NCBI GenBank assembly: GCA_913043225.1 | Contig: CAJWLU010000003.1 | Coordinates: 160,001-224,000, forward strand | Reading direction: 5' to 3' | Length of the DNA: 64,000 bases | Source: an uncultured Acidobacteriota bacterium | GTDB taxonomy: Bacteria; Acidobacteriota; Vicinamibacteria; Vicinamibacterales; UBA8438 | In this document: positions 27,515 to 36,830 of the stretch, one piece after another | How positions within the stretch are numbered: the stretch's first letter is position 1 | How the letters are laid out: each line of letters begins with the position of its first letter | Made by a program: the position numbers and the translations under genes | The notes under the pieces: generated by a model | Told to the model about the DNA's origin: nothing | The model's database searches: none | Seen by the model: only the letters and a program-made list of their open reading frames with translations

Positions 27515-29791
27515 CTACCAATCAAGGGCTAGAGACGTGATGACGCTGCGTCCCGGGCTCGAATAGCGGTCGATTACTGGGTCGTTCGTGCCTCGGCCGC
27601 GGACGTTCCACCACTCAAAATAGGTTTCATCGGCTAGGTTCAGTAGTCCGATTCGGAAGGTCACCGCGTCGGCCGGCCGGATCGAGGTGACGAAGTCAAC
27701 CACCTGGTACCCGTCCGGCGCGAATTGTCCGTCACCGGCATCCAAAGCAGTCTGTCCTTCGGTGATCCGTACCGACAGCTCGCTTGTCCACCAGCCGTCT
27801 GGGTCGATGTACTGGAGCCCAATGACGCCTTCGTCCGGCGTAATCGAACCGAGGGGTGTGTCGGTGTCGCCGGACACGTCGGTCCCGGTTATGGCGGCCC
27901 AGCTAGCGCGGAGGCGGACACGGTTGGTGAGATACGTGTCGGCCCTCACTTCGACTCCCCCGATCTCTACCTCTGACAGGTTCTGGCTCTGGAACTCCAG
28001 GAGGAATGTGGCGGGGTTGAACCCGACCGCGGTTAGCTCGATGAAGTCATCGTAGCGATTCGAGAAGGCGGTGACATCCAGGCTTGTCCGGCCAAATGCG
28101 GCCCGCAGCCCAACTTCAATGTTGTCGCTCGTCTCGGCATTCAACCCCGCGTTCGGGAGCGTGGTGTATCCGCCCGCTAGGTTGGTGAAGCCGGTGTTGA
28201 TCGCGCTGTAGGGAGGTGCGCGGAAACCGCCGGCATACTGGGCGTGCGCGGTTAGGTCGTCCGTGATCAAGACCGTGGCGCCAATCTTCGGCGACATCGC
28301 GTCGGCCGAGAAATCAGCTGGCACCGGATTCAGTCCGGCAAGGTAAACCGCGTCCTCCTGGTTGGCGTCGAGTGAGTACCGGTCGTAGCGGACTCCCGGG
28401 ACGATGGTCAGACGGTCTACGCGGAGCTCGGCTTGCACATAGACGCCGGTCTCATCAACGTCGCTCTCTGGGAAATACTTCGCCGGGAAGATGAGGCTGG
28501 TCGGCACCGGCGCACCGGTGATGATGTTCGTTTCGCTGCGATCACGCAGCACATCGAACGCATCACGTGTGAAGCTGGCGCCGAAGGTCAGCATCAGCCC
28601 GTTCTCGGTACCCCCGACCCAGTGTTGTCCTTGCCCTGAGGCGCCGAAGCCCCGCTGCTCGAAATTGACGGTGCCGGTCCTCGAGGACAGCGTGGGCGGA
28701 CCGAACGCGACGATTGATCGGGACTCGTCTACGACTTGGGAGGTGTCGCCCCCCTGGCCGTAGACCCGCCAGGTGAGCACGTCTAGTCCACGCTGCGGTG
28801 TCAGGACGTGATCGAGCGAGATTCGCCAGCGCTTCTGAGTGTCGAGGGCCTGCGCGCTCGTCGTGCTGAACGCGACCGGACCGTAGAAGGTTGTGCCCTG
28901 AAGCGAGTACGCCGTCGTGTTGATCTGGGTGTCGAACACCTCGATCGCGCTTCGGAAGATGTTTCCTGGAGACGCAGTGAAAACCATCTTGCCGAGCGCC
29001 TGCAGGCCTTCGCGGTCTTGAGGGTTTGGTGCGGTGCGGGTGACGTCCAGTGTTTCGATTGTGCCCTGGTTCTTGGTCTCGTTTCCCCGGCTGTAACTGG
29101 TAAACAGCGACCCCTGCACGCTCTCGTTGCCTAGGGCGAACGCGAAGTTGCCGCTGGTATCGTCAGAGCGCCCGTCCCAGGTGGTCTTGACGCCGAGGTA
29201 GCGCTTCTGGTCCAGCAAGTAGTCGGCAGGGTCTTTCGTGAACAAGGACACGACACCGCCTAGGGCGTCGCTGCCGTAGAGGGCCGAGTTGGCGCTCCGG
29301 ACGATCTCGACCGACTTGAGCGTGTCCACGTCGAGGCCTGCCTGATGGATGCTGAACGGCCCGAAGTCGAACTGCTCGGAGGTCTGTACCCCATCGACCT
29401 GGGTCATGACACGGTTACCACCCACGCCACGAATGTTGAAGCCGTTCAAGCCGAGTCGGGTTACGTCGTTCTCGACATAGACGCCAGGTTCGAACTTGAC
29501 GAGGTCGGAGAAGCTCTCGACCATCCGCTCCGCGATGGTTTCGCTATCGATGACCGACACCACGCCCGGGGTCTCCCTCAGCGATGACGGCGAAAGCGTG
29601 GCCGTGACCGTTATCTCATCGAGATACGTCGTCGGCTCGTCCTCGGTCGACTGATTGGTGCTGGCACTAGTCGACGTTTGCGGCTGAGCCAGCACCTCGG
29701 CGGGCAGGAGTGCCACCGTTAGCGAGAAGACGAGGACGGCTCCTGCCCCCTGGGGACCGCGTCCGCGTCGGAGCTGTTGTACGAGCTGCAT
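27515..29791 (-). CDS. TonB-dependent heme/hemoglobin-type receptor
   Basis: TonB box DEITVTAT; FNIRGVGGNRV; IVRSANSALYGSDALGGVV; FRAP and NPNL-like (NAGLNAE) motifs; C-terminal W. Start uncertain (29791 or 29842). Confidence 0.9.
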   Translation of the reverse strand: MQLVQQLRRGRGPQGAGAVLVFSLTVALLPAEVLAQPQTSTSASTNQSTEDEPTTYLDEITVTATLSPSSLRETPGVVSVIDSETIAERMVESFSDLVKFEPGVYVENDVTRLGLNGFNIRGVGGNRVMTQVDGVQTSEQFDFGPFSIHQAGLDVDTLKSVEIVRSANSALYGSDALGGVVSLFTKDPADYLLDQKRYLGVKTTWDGRSDDTSGNFAFALGNESVQGSLFTSYSRGNETKNQGTIETLDVTRTAPNPQDREGLQALGKMVFTASPGNIFRSAIEVFDTQINTTAYSLQGTTFYGPVAFSTTSAQALDTQKRWRISLDHVLTPQRGLDVLTWRVYGQGGDTSQVVDESRSIVAFGPPTLSSRTGTVNFEQRGFGASGQGQHWVGGTENGLMLTFGASFTRDAFDVLRDRSETNIITGAPVPTSLIFPAKYFPESDVDETGVYVQAELRVDRLTIVPGVRYDRYSLDANQEDAVYLAGLNPVPADFSADAMSPKIGATVLITDDLTAHAQYAGGFRAPPYSAINTGFTNLAGGYTTLPNAGLNAETSDNIEVGLRAAFGRTSLDVTAFSNRYDDFIELTAVGFNPATFLLEFQSQNLSEVEIGGVEVRADTYLTNRVRLRASWAAITGTDVSGDTDTPLGSITPDEGVIGLQYIDPDGWWTSELSVRITEGQTALDAGDGQFAPDGYQVVDFVTSIRPADAVTFRIGLLNLADETYFEWWNVRGRGTNDPVIDRYSSPGRSVITSLALDW

Positions 29792-29902
29792 GGCTATACT
29801 CCAAATGGGTTCCGGTCCGCCCCATGCGGTACCGGCGCTCACTTGGGCGCTCCCGTTCGGCTCCTACACCATGGGCGGGGGCGCCCACCTCTGATCCAAC
29901 GT

Positions 29903-31216
29903 TCAGTTCAGTGCCTTGTCGTCCGAGCTGACTCGGATAAGTTCGGTCCCGGCCCGGATCAGGATCGCATCGTCAACCGCCGCGATCGCTGTGACGGGTG
30001 CGCTGACCGACAAGTGGTTAGTAGCCACAACCTGGGCCGTTTTCGCCGATGCCGCCAGTATCTCGGTCGTACCGTCCTCACCAAAGAAGAAGACGTGGTC
30101 TCGGTGACCGAGCGGAGTAGCCCACGTGGACGCGGAAAGCCGATGGGTCCACTGGACCTCGCCCGATTGTGGGTCCAGGCAGCGTGCCGCGCCCGCTGGG
30201 TTGATCCAATATATGCACTTGCCGTACGCGAACGGGGAGCCGAAGTTTGAACCGCTACCGGTCTTCCAGGCGACGGCCGTTTCGTCGAGTTTGCCGAGCC
30301 CGCCCCGTCGGATGGCAAGGTTTGCATCGACCGCCAGTCCTCCCACCACGACGAGCTCGTTCGTGACCGTTGGGGAGGGCACATGGTTGCCGCTCAGACC
30401 GGCGAAGTGCCAGCGGCGTTCGCCGGTGACGGCGTCGAAGCCTTCGATCTGTCCGGACGCGCTGACGACGATCTCATTGCCTTCGGGCGATAGCACTGGT
30501 GTGGTCCAGGCGACTCCGGCGTCCCGCTCGGTCCGCCATAGCGTGTCGCCAGTGGTTCGATCGACCGCGAGAAGATAGGAGTAGGTACGTCGAGTCAGAA
30601 GTACCACGACCGCACGGGGAGTCAGCAGCAAGGAGTTTCCGACCCCGTGATTACCTCCTACGGATCCATAGTCCTTGGTCAGATCACGTTGCCAATGCAC
30701 TGCACCGTCGTGGCCCAAGGCGATAAGGTCGCCGCTGGCGAAGAAGCTATAGATGCGGTCTTGGTCGACGACTGGAGTGGGCGCTGCTTTGGAGACGTAG
30801 TCATTGAACTCGTGTGGTTCGGAGGCATCGAAAGCCTGGCGCCACTGTTCGCTGCCGTCTTCCAGATTGAGCGCCGTGACCCACAGACGTTCTTTCATGG
30901 CGCCTTCAATCGAGGTGACGAACACTGAACTGTCCCAGATCACCGGGGAGGACTGCCCAAACCCCGGGGTGGTGACACGCCAGGCGACAGTCTGGTCGGA
31001 CCAGGTAAGTGGGAGTCGGGCGGCGTGGCTGACGTTGGTACCGTCGCCGCGGAAGCCCGGCCATCGCGTAGCGGCCTCGGAGGTCGCAAAAACGAAACCC
31101 GCGCGCCGAGTTTGGGCAGCATGGTCTGCCAGGAGGAGGAAGACCAAAGCCACGATACAGCCGCCCGCAGAGGGCAGTAGCCCTCCGAAGATCGGTGGAG
31201 GCGCTAGCGATCGCAC
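29903..31216 (-). CDS. PQQ-like/BamB-type beta-propeller repeat protein
   Basis: WPGFRG, GQSSPVIW, APTPV, repeated A.D..TG...W blades. Confidence 0.85.
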   Translation of the reverse strand: MRSLAPPPIFGGLLPSAGGCIVALVFLLLADHAAQTRRAGFVFATSEAATRWPGFRGDGTNVSHAARLPLTWSDQTVAWRVTTPGFGQSSPVIWDSSVFVTSIEGAMKERLWVTALNLEDGSEQWRQAFDASEPHEFNDYVSKAAPTPVVDQDRIYSFFASGDLIALGHDGAVHWQRDLTKDYGSVGGNHGVGNSLLLTPRAVVVLLTRRTYSYLLAVDRTTGDTLWRTERDAGVAWTTPVLSPEGNEIVVSASGQIEGFDAVTGERRWHFAGLSGNHVPSPTVTNELVVVGGLAVDANLAIRRGGLGKLDETAVAWKTGSGSNFGSPFAYGKCIYWINPAGAARCLDPQSGEVQWTHRLSASTWATPLGHRDHVFFFGEDGTTEILAASAKTAQVVATNHLSVSAPVTAIAAVDDAILIRAGTELIRVSSDDKALN

Positions 31217-32985
31217 CGGCGCCCCCCTTTCAGGCTGACGCCGGCAAGGCTGGCGTCGCTGTCACAGCGGCTACGTTCGTCAGGCTGCCACCCCATGATC
31301 TGGCGCATCGCTGCCTCGCCTTGAGTGATTAAGTCACCGATCCAGCGAGCAAATAGCGGGTGGGGAGCGAAGCCAGCTCCGATCTGCACTCCGTCGAGGT
31401 CGCTGAGTTCGTACTGGGATGGGCCGGTCCCGGTCATCCGGGCTGGAATGGCCAGCACTGTCCGGCCGAGGGCTCGTTCGGCTTCAATGATGCCGTGGAT
31501 CTGGGCCTCGGCTTCCTCGCGGGCGTCGGGCCAGTCTTCTCGCCAGTTGGCCCAGTGGAATGCCGCGAAGTTCGGTTCGTGCTCCTGCATCTGCGAGGCG
31601 ATCGACTCAAGGTTCTCCAACCACGCCGCGTTTCCCTCGTCGCTGCCCGCACCGTGACCAAGGAGCAGCACGGCCTCCTGCGAGGGATTGTTAGAGAGGG
31701 CTCGGGCGCGCGCCGCGAGCGCCTCCGCAAATGCCGGGTGGTCTTCCAGGCCGCCAAGGGTGGCGAAGATCGCCGCAGAGCGCACCCGAGGGGGTGGTCC
31801 CATGCCCATGGACATGCCCGGTTCATCGCCGAGCCCCATCAGATACTCGATGCGGTCGAGAAATGACGCTGCTTGGGCGAAGACCCGAATGAGCACGATG
31901 GCCCGCGCACCGCGTTCTTCCAGGCGTGAGACGGCTCGACCGAGCACGACCGGGTCGGCCATCGAGAAGGCATATTCGACCAACCGGCTCTGGGTTAACT
32001 CGGCGAGCGGCTGGCGAATCGACTCGTTCCAGTCGATGTCGGCGCCGTGCGGCATCAGCACGTACCCGATCTCGTTGGCTGTGGGTGGAATCCAGCGATT
32101 GGCCTCTTGGGCCATCCAGACTGTTGCCATGGGGTCTGGGATGACCCCTTGAGCGAGGAACTCCACCGAGACCCCGGCAAGGCTCCTACGTAGGGAGCCG
32201 TTCAGGTCCATCATCGAGTCCATGCGGGAGCCCAGGTGCCAGGGGATCACCAGGACGCGATCATGGGCTTTGGCCAGCGCGTCTGCAGCTGGTCGAATCC
32301 GGTCGAGCGACGATTGGAGTTCATCGAAATCACCACTGGGTCCTCGTACCACCACGACGTCAGTGGCTGCGAGCCCAGTTGCCCGGCTAACCCTCCCGAG
32401 AGTGTCTGATAGGTCAGCTTCCATGGCGGAAGTCGAGCTTGCGTCGACCGCTCCGGAGCCGACCACGAGGACCGCGACGTCCGGTGGAGGGGCCCCGGGC
32501 ATACCTGGTCGCACGCCTGCGGTAGAGAGGCGCTCAATCAGGATCTCTTCGGCCAGATACGAAGCTCCGAACGGGTCCGCCACGGCAATGTCTAGTCCGG
32601 TGTTGTTGATGGCGTCGTGGACCCGCACCAGCAGGGGGTGAGTACCGGCCAGGAAGAGCGGCAGTGCCGCGATCTTAGATGCCCCGTTGAGGCGGAGACG
32701 CTCTATCGCAGGTGAGGCGAAGCGCATCGGGTCACCGTCCCACGGAAGGAATGCGAGTTCAGCCCGGAAGGCTTCTGAGAACTTGCGAAACGCATCGCGC
32801 ACTTCGTCGTTTCCGAGAAATCCACGGTCTGGGGCCACGACGAGGAAGCCGACCTGACCAGGATCGGCCGGTGGTACCAGTCGCGGCACTCGGGTTTCCA
32901 TGACGTGCTGCGCTGACGTCGTGGTTCCGGCAACCACAATGAGGGCGAAGAATGCCGCGAGGTAGCGTATGGGCAGTCTGGTCAT
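31204..32985 (-). CDS. Exported tandem CbiX/SirB-like (class II chelatase fold) protein
   Basis: Signal peptide ending TSA-Q; GFLVVAPDRG, IAALPLFL, YVLMPHG, VEYAFSMAD, EAVLLLGHGAGSD, FAPHP. Confidence 0.7.
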   Translation of the reverse strand: MTRLPIRYLAAFFALIVVAGTTTSAQHVMETRVPRLVPPADPGQVGFLVVAPDRGFLGNDEVRDAFRKFSEAFRAELAFLPWDGDPMRFASPAIERLRLNGASKIAALPLFLAGTHPLLVRVHDAINNTGLDIAVADPFGASYLAEEILIERLSTAGVRPGMPGAPPPDVAVLVVGSGAVDASSTSAMEADLSDTLGRVSRATGLAATDVVVVRGPSGDFDELQSSLDRIRPAADALAKAHDRVLVIPWHLGSRMDSMMDLNGSLRRSLAGVSVEFLAQGVIPDPMATVWMAQEANRWIPPTANEIGYVLMPHGADIDWNESIRQPLAELTQSRLVEYAFSMADPVVLGRAVSRLEERGARAIVLIRVFAQAASFLDRIEYLMGLGDEPGMSMGMGPPPRVRSAAIFATLGGLEDHPAFAEALAARARALSNNPSQEAVLLLGHGAGSDEGNAAWLENLESIASQMQEHEPNFAAFHWANWREDWPDAREEAEAQIHGIIEAERALGRTVLAIPARMTGTGPSQYELSDLDGVQIGAGFAPHPLFARWIGDLITQGEAAMRQIMGWQPDERSRCDSDASLAGVSLKGGRRCDR

Positions 32986-33123
32986 AACGTCTCTCTGCGT
33001 TGCACGTCACGACCCCAGTTGCCTGTGATGCGGGCGGGTGTCGTCACGCTCTTCGTGCGGTCGGCCCTTCTGGACCAAGCGCTCGACCAGCTCGCCGGGT
33101 GCTGCTACACCTAGCGGACTGTC

Positions 33124-33152
33124 TTGATATTGAGAATGAGTCTCAATATCAA
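33124..33152. promoter_or_regulatory. Fur-family operator box 1 (upstream of the chelatase-propeller-receptor operon)
   Basis: Perfect 12-5-12 inverted repeat ttgatattgaga-atgag-tctcaatatcaa. Confidence 0.8.
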
Positions 33153-33200
33153 CATTAAGGTGAACTGTATGTCCGACCGAATCGGTCGGTCAAGGAAAAA

Positions 33201-34415
33201 TTATTTGAGGCGAGAGCGTTCGTGGTGGGATCTCAAGAGGCCCTCTCTTGCGAGTCGCCGAATCAGTGTGAGGTTTCCTGCGGTGTCGAGCGGACCCGGG
33301 AGTTCAAGGGCGGTAAACCTTTCATTAGCACAGATGAACTCGATGGCTTCGGCGACATGGAGCGGGAACCGCAACTCCTGCCCAGCGAAGCACATCACGC
33401 ACTCGTTCTGCGAGAGGTACGAGTGGATGGCCATCTCTCGTCGAATGACCACCGTATCCTCGTTCACCAGATGCTGGTCGGCCCGCTGAGTCAGAAGGTC
33501 TGAGAAAAGCGGTTGATTGGCCGCAGATACCTCACTGGCAAACCGTCGCCAGACATCCTCAAAAGAGCGATCGAGTGCCAAGTCAAAGTGCTGGCGAGCC
33601 AGGGTCGCGGTCTCTTCTGGTGTGAGTTTCCCACTCGCGAAACCGACTGGGAGGTTGGCGCGGAGGGCTGGGTTCTCGAGGGCTGCGGCCGACACTGCGT
33701 CGGCGAGAAAGTCAGCCCATGTAAAGGCGGTCAATCCGAGGGTGATGTGAAGAGAAGCGGTATCGACCGACCGCGCGGCATGCATCAGTCCTCGCGGAAG
33801 ATAGACGAAGTCGCCCGCATGAAGATCGAACTCGTCGATTGTGCGCCCAGGGCGATCGACGTCCGGATTGCACTTCTGCCCTCGCAAGGGCAGCGCGATC
33901 GGGCTCTCGAAGACACTCCACCGTTTTGAGCCGCTGACTTGCATCACGAAGACGTCGTGGGTGTCCCAATGGGGCTTGAACCCTTGGGCCTCTGGGGGCG
34001 TGAGATAGATGTTGGTCTGGATGCGGGAACCGAAGCGCTGCCCCAGCGCGACGCAAAGCGCCGCGAGTTGGGGGAGGCGACGATGGAGCCCACGAAAGAT
34101 GACGGTCGCGCCTTCGTCGAAGAGGCGCGTCACTTCCAGCGGTTCGGCTACCCCGGCTGGGCCGGTGAACCGGCTGGCGTCGATGGCGGTCTCGTCGGCT
34201 CGCACTAGTGAAATGTCAGGGAAGCGGAGCGCATGCGTCCCCAGCACGTGGTCCAAGTCGGCGAAGGTCAGGAGCGACTCGAAGTAATTGGGCTGTTGGC
34301 GGTGGACGACCCGGTGTCGTCGCTCGTAGAACTCATCCTCGAAGGTTGAAGTCGAGAGCGGATCGAGTAGCCAGGCGTACGGAGCGTTGGCGATGGGCGG
34401 CGTGTGTGGCTTCAT
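33201..34415 (-). CDS. JmjC/cupin_4 Fe(II)/2-oxoglutarate oxygenase (NO66/YcfD-like)
   Basis: NIYLTP, FKPHWDTHDVFVMQVSGSKRW (HxD, K), YLPRGLMHAA (distal H); C-terminal winged-helix-like LIRRLAREGLL. Confidence 0.88.
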   Translation of the reverse strand: MKPHTPPIANAPYAWLLDPLSTSTFEDEFYERRHRVVHRQQPNYFESLLTFADLDHVLGTHALRFPDISLVRADETAIDASRFTGPAGVAEPLEVTRLFDEGATVIFRGLHRRLPQLAALCVALGQRFGSRIQTNIYLTPPEAQGFKPHWDTHDVFVMQVSGSKRWSVFESPIALPLRGQKCNPDVDRPGRTIDEFDLHAGDFVYLPRGLMHAARSVDTASLHITLGLTAFTWADFLADAVSAAALENPALRANLPVGFASGKLTPEETATLARQHFDLALDRSFEDVWRRFASEVSAANQPLFSDLLTQRADQHLVNEDTVVIRREMAIHSYLSQNECVMCFAGQELRFPLHVAEAIEFICANERFTALELPGPLDTAGNLTLIRRLAREGLLRSHHERSRLK

Positions 34416-34477
34416 GGTGTCGCCTGGCCGCTGCGCGAGCGCCAGCCCGTCGACGCTCTGTCTGGGAAGGCCTGGCG

Positions 34478-34945
34478 CTACTGATGAAGCTCGACGCCCT
34501 GGGCGACGAAGCTTACTTCGGTTGCCGTGCCGTCAGGGTTTCGAGTCAGCGCGACACCCTCGGCGATGAGGTGATCCGCGTCGGCTTTGGAGAAGACGTT
34601 CGTTTCCAGGCGGCCTTCGAGGCGAGCTCGTTGTCCGGCTGAGTCCGTGGGGACGAAGAAGGCGTAGTCTCTGAAAGTTACCCGGATTCCACGGTCGTCG
34701 CCAGGCCTGACTAACTCCATCCAGCAGCCCTTGACCTGACAGACCCGCTTGACTTCTCCCTCGAGCGTCAGCAGACGATCCGCATACTGGTCAGCCTGTT
34801 CGACAGCTTCGTCAAGCCCAATCGCTGGGGAGCCGCCGAGCCTGGTTCCTCGGGTCACGATGTTCTGGGCGGTGGCCGAGCCTATCGAAAGCACTGCGGC
34901 GATGGTGAATGCGCTGATCTGACGAGTAGGGCGTAGTGATATCAC
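34478..34945 (-). CDS. Exported DUF4920-like protein (OB fold)
   Basis: Signal peptide ending ATA-Q; VCQVKGCWMEL, RVTFRDYAFFVP. Confidence 0.8.
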   Translation of the reverse strand: MISLRPTRQISAFTIAAVLSIGSATAQNIVTRGTRLGGSPAIGLDEAVEQADQYADRLLTLEGEVKRVCQVKGCWMELVRPGDDRGIRVTFRDYAFFVPTDSAGQRARLEGRLETNVFSKADADHLIAEGVALTRNPDGTATEVSFVAQGVELHQ

Positions 34946-35054
34946 CTAAGGTCCCTTCTGTGAGCGTCGGACAGAGCTTTAGCATAGCAGAAGCCGATCC
35001 GACCGCGAGGTGAGCGGTGAGGTCTGTGCAAGCGTACCTAAGAGTTTTTGATTT

Positions 35055-35084
35055 ATTGAGATTGAGACTCAGTCTCAATATGTT
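35055..35084. promoter_or_regulatory. Fur-family operator box 2 overlapping a sigma70 promoter, between the divergent DUF4920 and flavodoxin genes
   Basis: Perfect 9-1-9 attgagact-c-agtctcaat (35061-35079) plus an extra attgag hexamer; + strand TTGAGA-17-TATGTT. Confidence 0.8.
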
Positions 35085-35094
35085 ATATGTAGAG

Positions 35095-35184
35095 ACCCAC
35101 CTGCCGGGTAGGTGGGTGTAGCGGGATATCGGGGAAAGGGGACCCCAGATAGATGCCCGTGGGGCGAGGCAACGCCCCACGGGC
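35095..35184 (+). ncRNA. Candidate structured sRNA or 5' leader with three hairpins
   Basis: acccacctgcc/ggtaggtgggt; tatcgggg/cccc-a-gata; perfect 12-bp gcccgtggggcg/cgccccacgggc; begins about 10 nt after the -10 box. Confidence 0.35.
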
Positions 35185-35361
35185 CGTCGAACCTGCATCG
35201 GCCGTCTGAGAGCGAATCAAACGGGTAACCAGCGTCGTCCGACCTAGCGAATGTAGCACACCGTTGGACGGCTGCTGCGGCCACTTTCTGCATGCGTGCA
35301 TCTACGGCGGACCAGGTCGAGGATCAGCACGGTGTAGCTACTTCCCCAAGGACCTCAATAC

Positions 35362-35922
35362 ATGGAAGCGTCAATCGCCATCTTCTTCGGATCCACCACC
35401 GGCAGTACACAGATGGTCGCGGAAAAGATCCGTGATCTCCTGGGTGAGCGGCTCTCTCACCTCGCCGATGTGAACACGGCGGAAGCGTCTGAACTCGAGC
35501 AGTACGACGTGATCTTCTTCGGAGTGCCAACGTGGAACGTTGGTGAGATGCAGGATGACTGGGCCGATTTCATTCCCAATATGTCGGAACTGAACCTTGC
35601 AGGAAAGAAGGTTGCCTTCTTTGGGGTTGGCGATGCGGTCGGCTACGCCGAGAACTTTCTGGATGCTATGGGCGAGCTCTGGGCGGCCGTGTACGCACAA
35701 GGCGCGCCGACACTGGTAGGCGTGTGGCCGACCGACGGATACGTGTTCGAAGCATCGAAAGGGCTTTACGACGACAACCATTTCCTCGGCGTGGGTCTCG
35801 ACGAAGACAACGAATCTCACCTAACAGATGAGCGACTGGACCTCTGGCTTGCGCAGGTGCTCCAGGAGCTGGCCTTGGTTGAGGCCGCAGGAGAGGCCGT
35901 CGACGAGGCGGTTGCTCAGTAG
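35362..35922 (+). CDS. fldA: Long-chain flavodoxin
   Basis: [52 protein letters not shown]. Confidence 0.95.
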   Translation: MEASIAIFFGSTTGSTQMVAEKIRDLLGERLSHLADVNTAEASELEQYDVIFFGVPTWNVGEMQDDWADFIPNMSELNLAGKKVAFFGVGDAVGYAENFLDAMGELWAAVYAQGAPTLVGVWPTDGYVFEASKGLYDDNHFLGVGLDEDNESHLTDERLDLWLAQVLQELALVEAAGEAVDEAVAQ

Positions 35923-35950
35923 CCGTTGGTGCTATGCAGGAAGGAGAATA

Positions 35951-36556
35951 ATGATGAACTACACCGGGCCCAAAGTGCGTCTGAGTCGAAAGCTGGGCGT
36001 CGCCCTGACCCCGAAGGGGCAGGTGGCGATGGAGAAACGGCCGGGGCGACCTGGCCAACATGGTGGGATGCGTCGCCGCCGGCAGGAGACGTCTTACGGA
36101 AAACAACTGCTCGAAAAGCAGCGTCTACGCTTTCAGTACAACGTACACGAACGTCAGATGCGCACCTACTTTAAGCGGGCGATGCGGAGAGAGGGACCGA
36201 CTGGAGATAACCTCGTTCAGCTTCTCGAATCGAGACTTGACGCCCTCGTATATCGGGCGGGTTTGGCCCGTACGATCTACGCGGCACGTCAGTTCGTTAA
36301 TCACGGCCATATCGACGTCGATGGCAAGCGTGTCGACATTCCCTCCTTCAGCGTTCGCATCGGCCAGACCGTTGGAGTCCGAGAGAAATCCCGTCAGCTG
36401 GATTGCTTTCGGGACGGACTGGGACTAGAGAGCGCGCCTGCCTATCTGAGGGTGGCAGACACCGAGCTTTCGTTCACGAAAGACCGCGAGCCGGAAAGAG
36501 ACGAAGTTCCGGTCATTTGTGACGTTCGCCAGGTGGTCGAGTTCTATTCCCGCTGA
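35951..36556 (+). CDS. rpsD: 30S ribosomal protein S4, zinc-ribbon-less (C-minus) form outside the alpha operon
   Basis: [62 protein letters not shown] aaggag. Confidence 0.96.
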   Translation: MMNYTGPKVRLSRKLGVALTPKGQVAMEKRPGRPGQHGGMRRRRQETSYGKQLLEKQRLRFQYNVHERQMRTYFKRAMRREGPTGDNLVQLLESRLDALVYRAGLARTIYAARQFVNHGHIDVDGKRVDIPSFSVRIGQTVGVREKSRQLDCFRDGLGLESAPAYLRVADTELSFTKDREPERDEVPVICDVRQVVEFYSR

Positions 36557-36830
36557 CGTCTGTTTTTGGGTCGAGTCTGGCTCAGCTAACTGGTGATGAC
36601 CAGCTGGAAGGGGTGTGGTTGATGTCGTTCGGTAGTTCTCCGAGCTGCCAGTGTTGATAGTAAGGCTGTTGACGATTCGAGACTCGTCCTTGTCACGCGT
36701 GCGACGCTGCTGATGAGGGCGGGGCGTAACTCTGAACGGCGAGCGTCGGTCAACGGCCGCTAGCCGGGTTCTTCAGGAATTTCCGTGACTAGGCCGGACC
36801 AGAATAAGTATCCGGCTCCCACGAGAGCGT

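Noticed and set aside
32986..33123. Possible cobalamin riboswitch upstream of the CbiX-like gene and receptor
   Set aside because: No recognisable B12-box or GGGAA...ACTG core; a Fur-family box is present instead
33172..33190. Palindrome ccgaccga-a-tcggtcgg after the JmjC stop
   Set aside because: Could be a terminator or second operator, but it is single-copy and has no U-tract on the coding strand
33124..33489. ORFs sharing an (M/L)R(M/L)SLN(I/L) peptide at 33124, 34812-35198 and 37441
   Set aside because: The similarity is just the translated operator palindrome; these frames are antisense to real genes or lack an RBS
35264..35473. Cys/His-rich ORF MDGCCGHFLHAC
   Set aside because: TTG start without RBS and out-of-frame overlap with fldA
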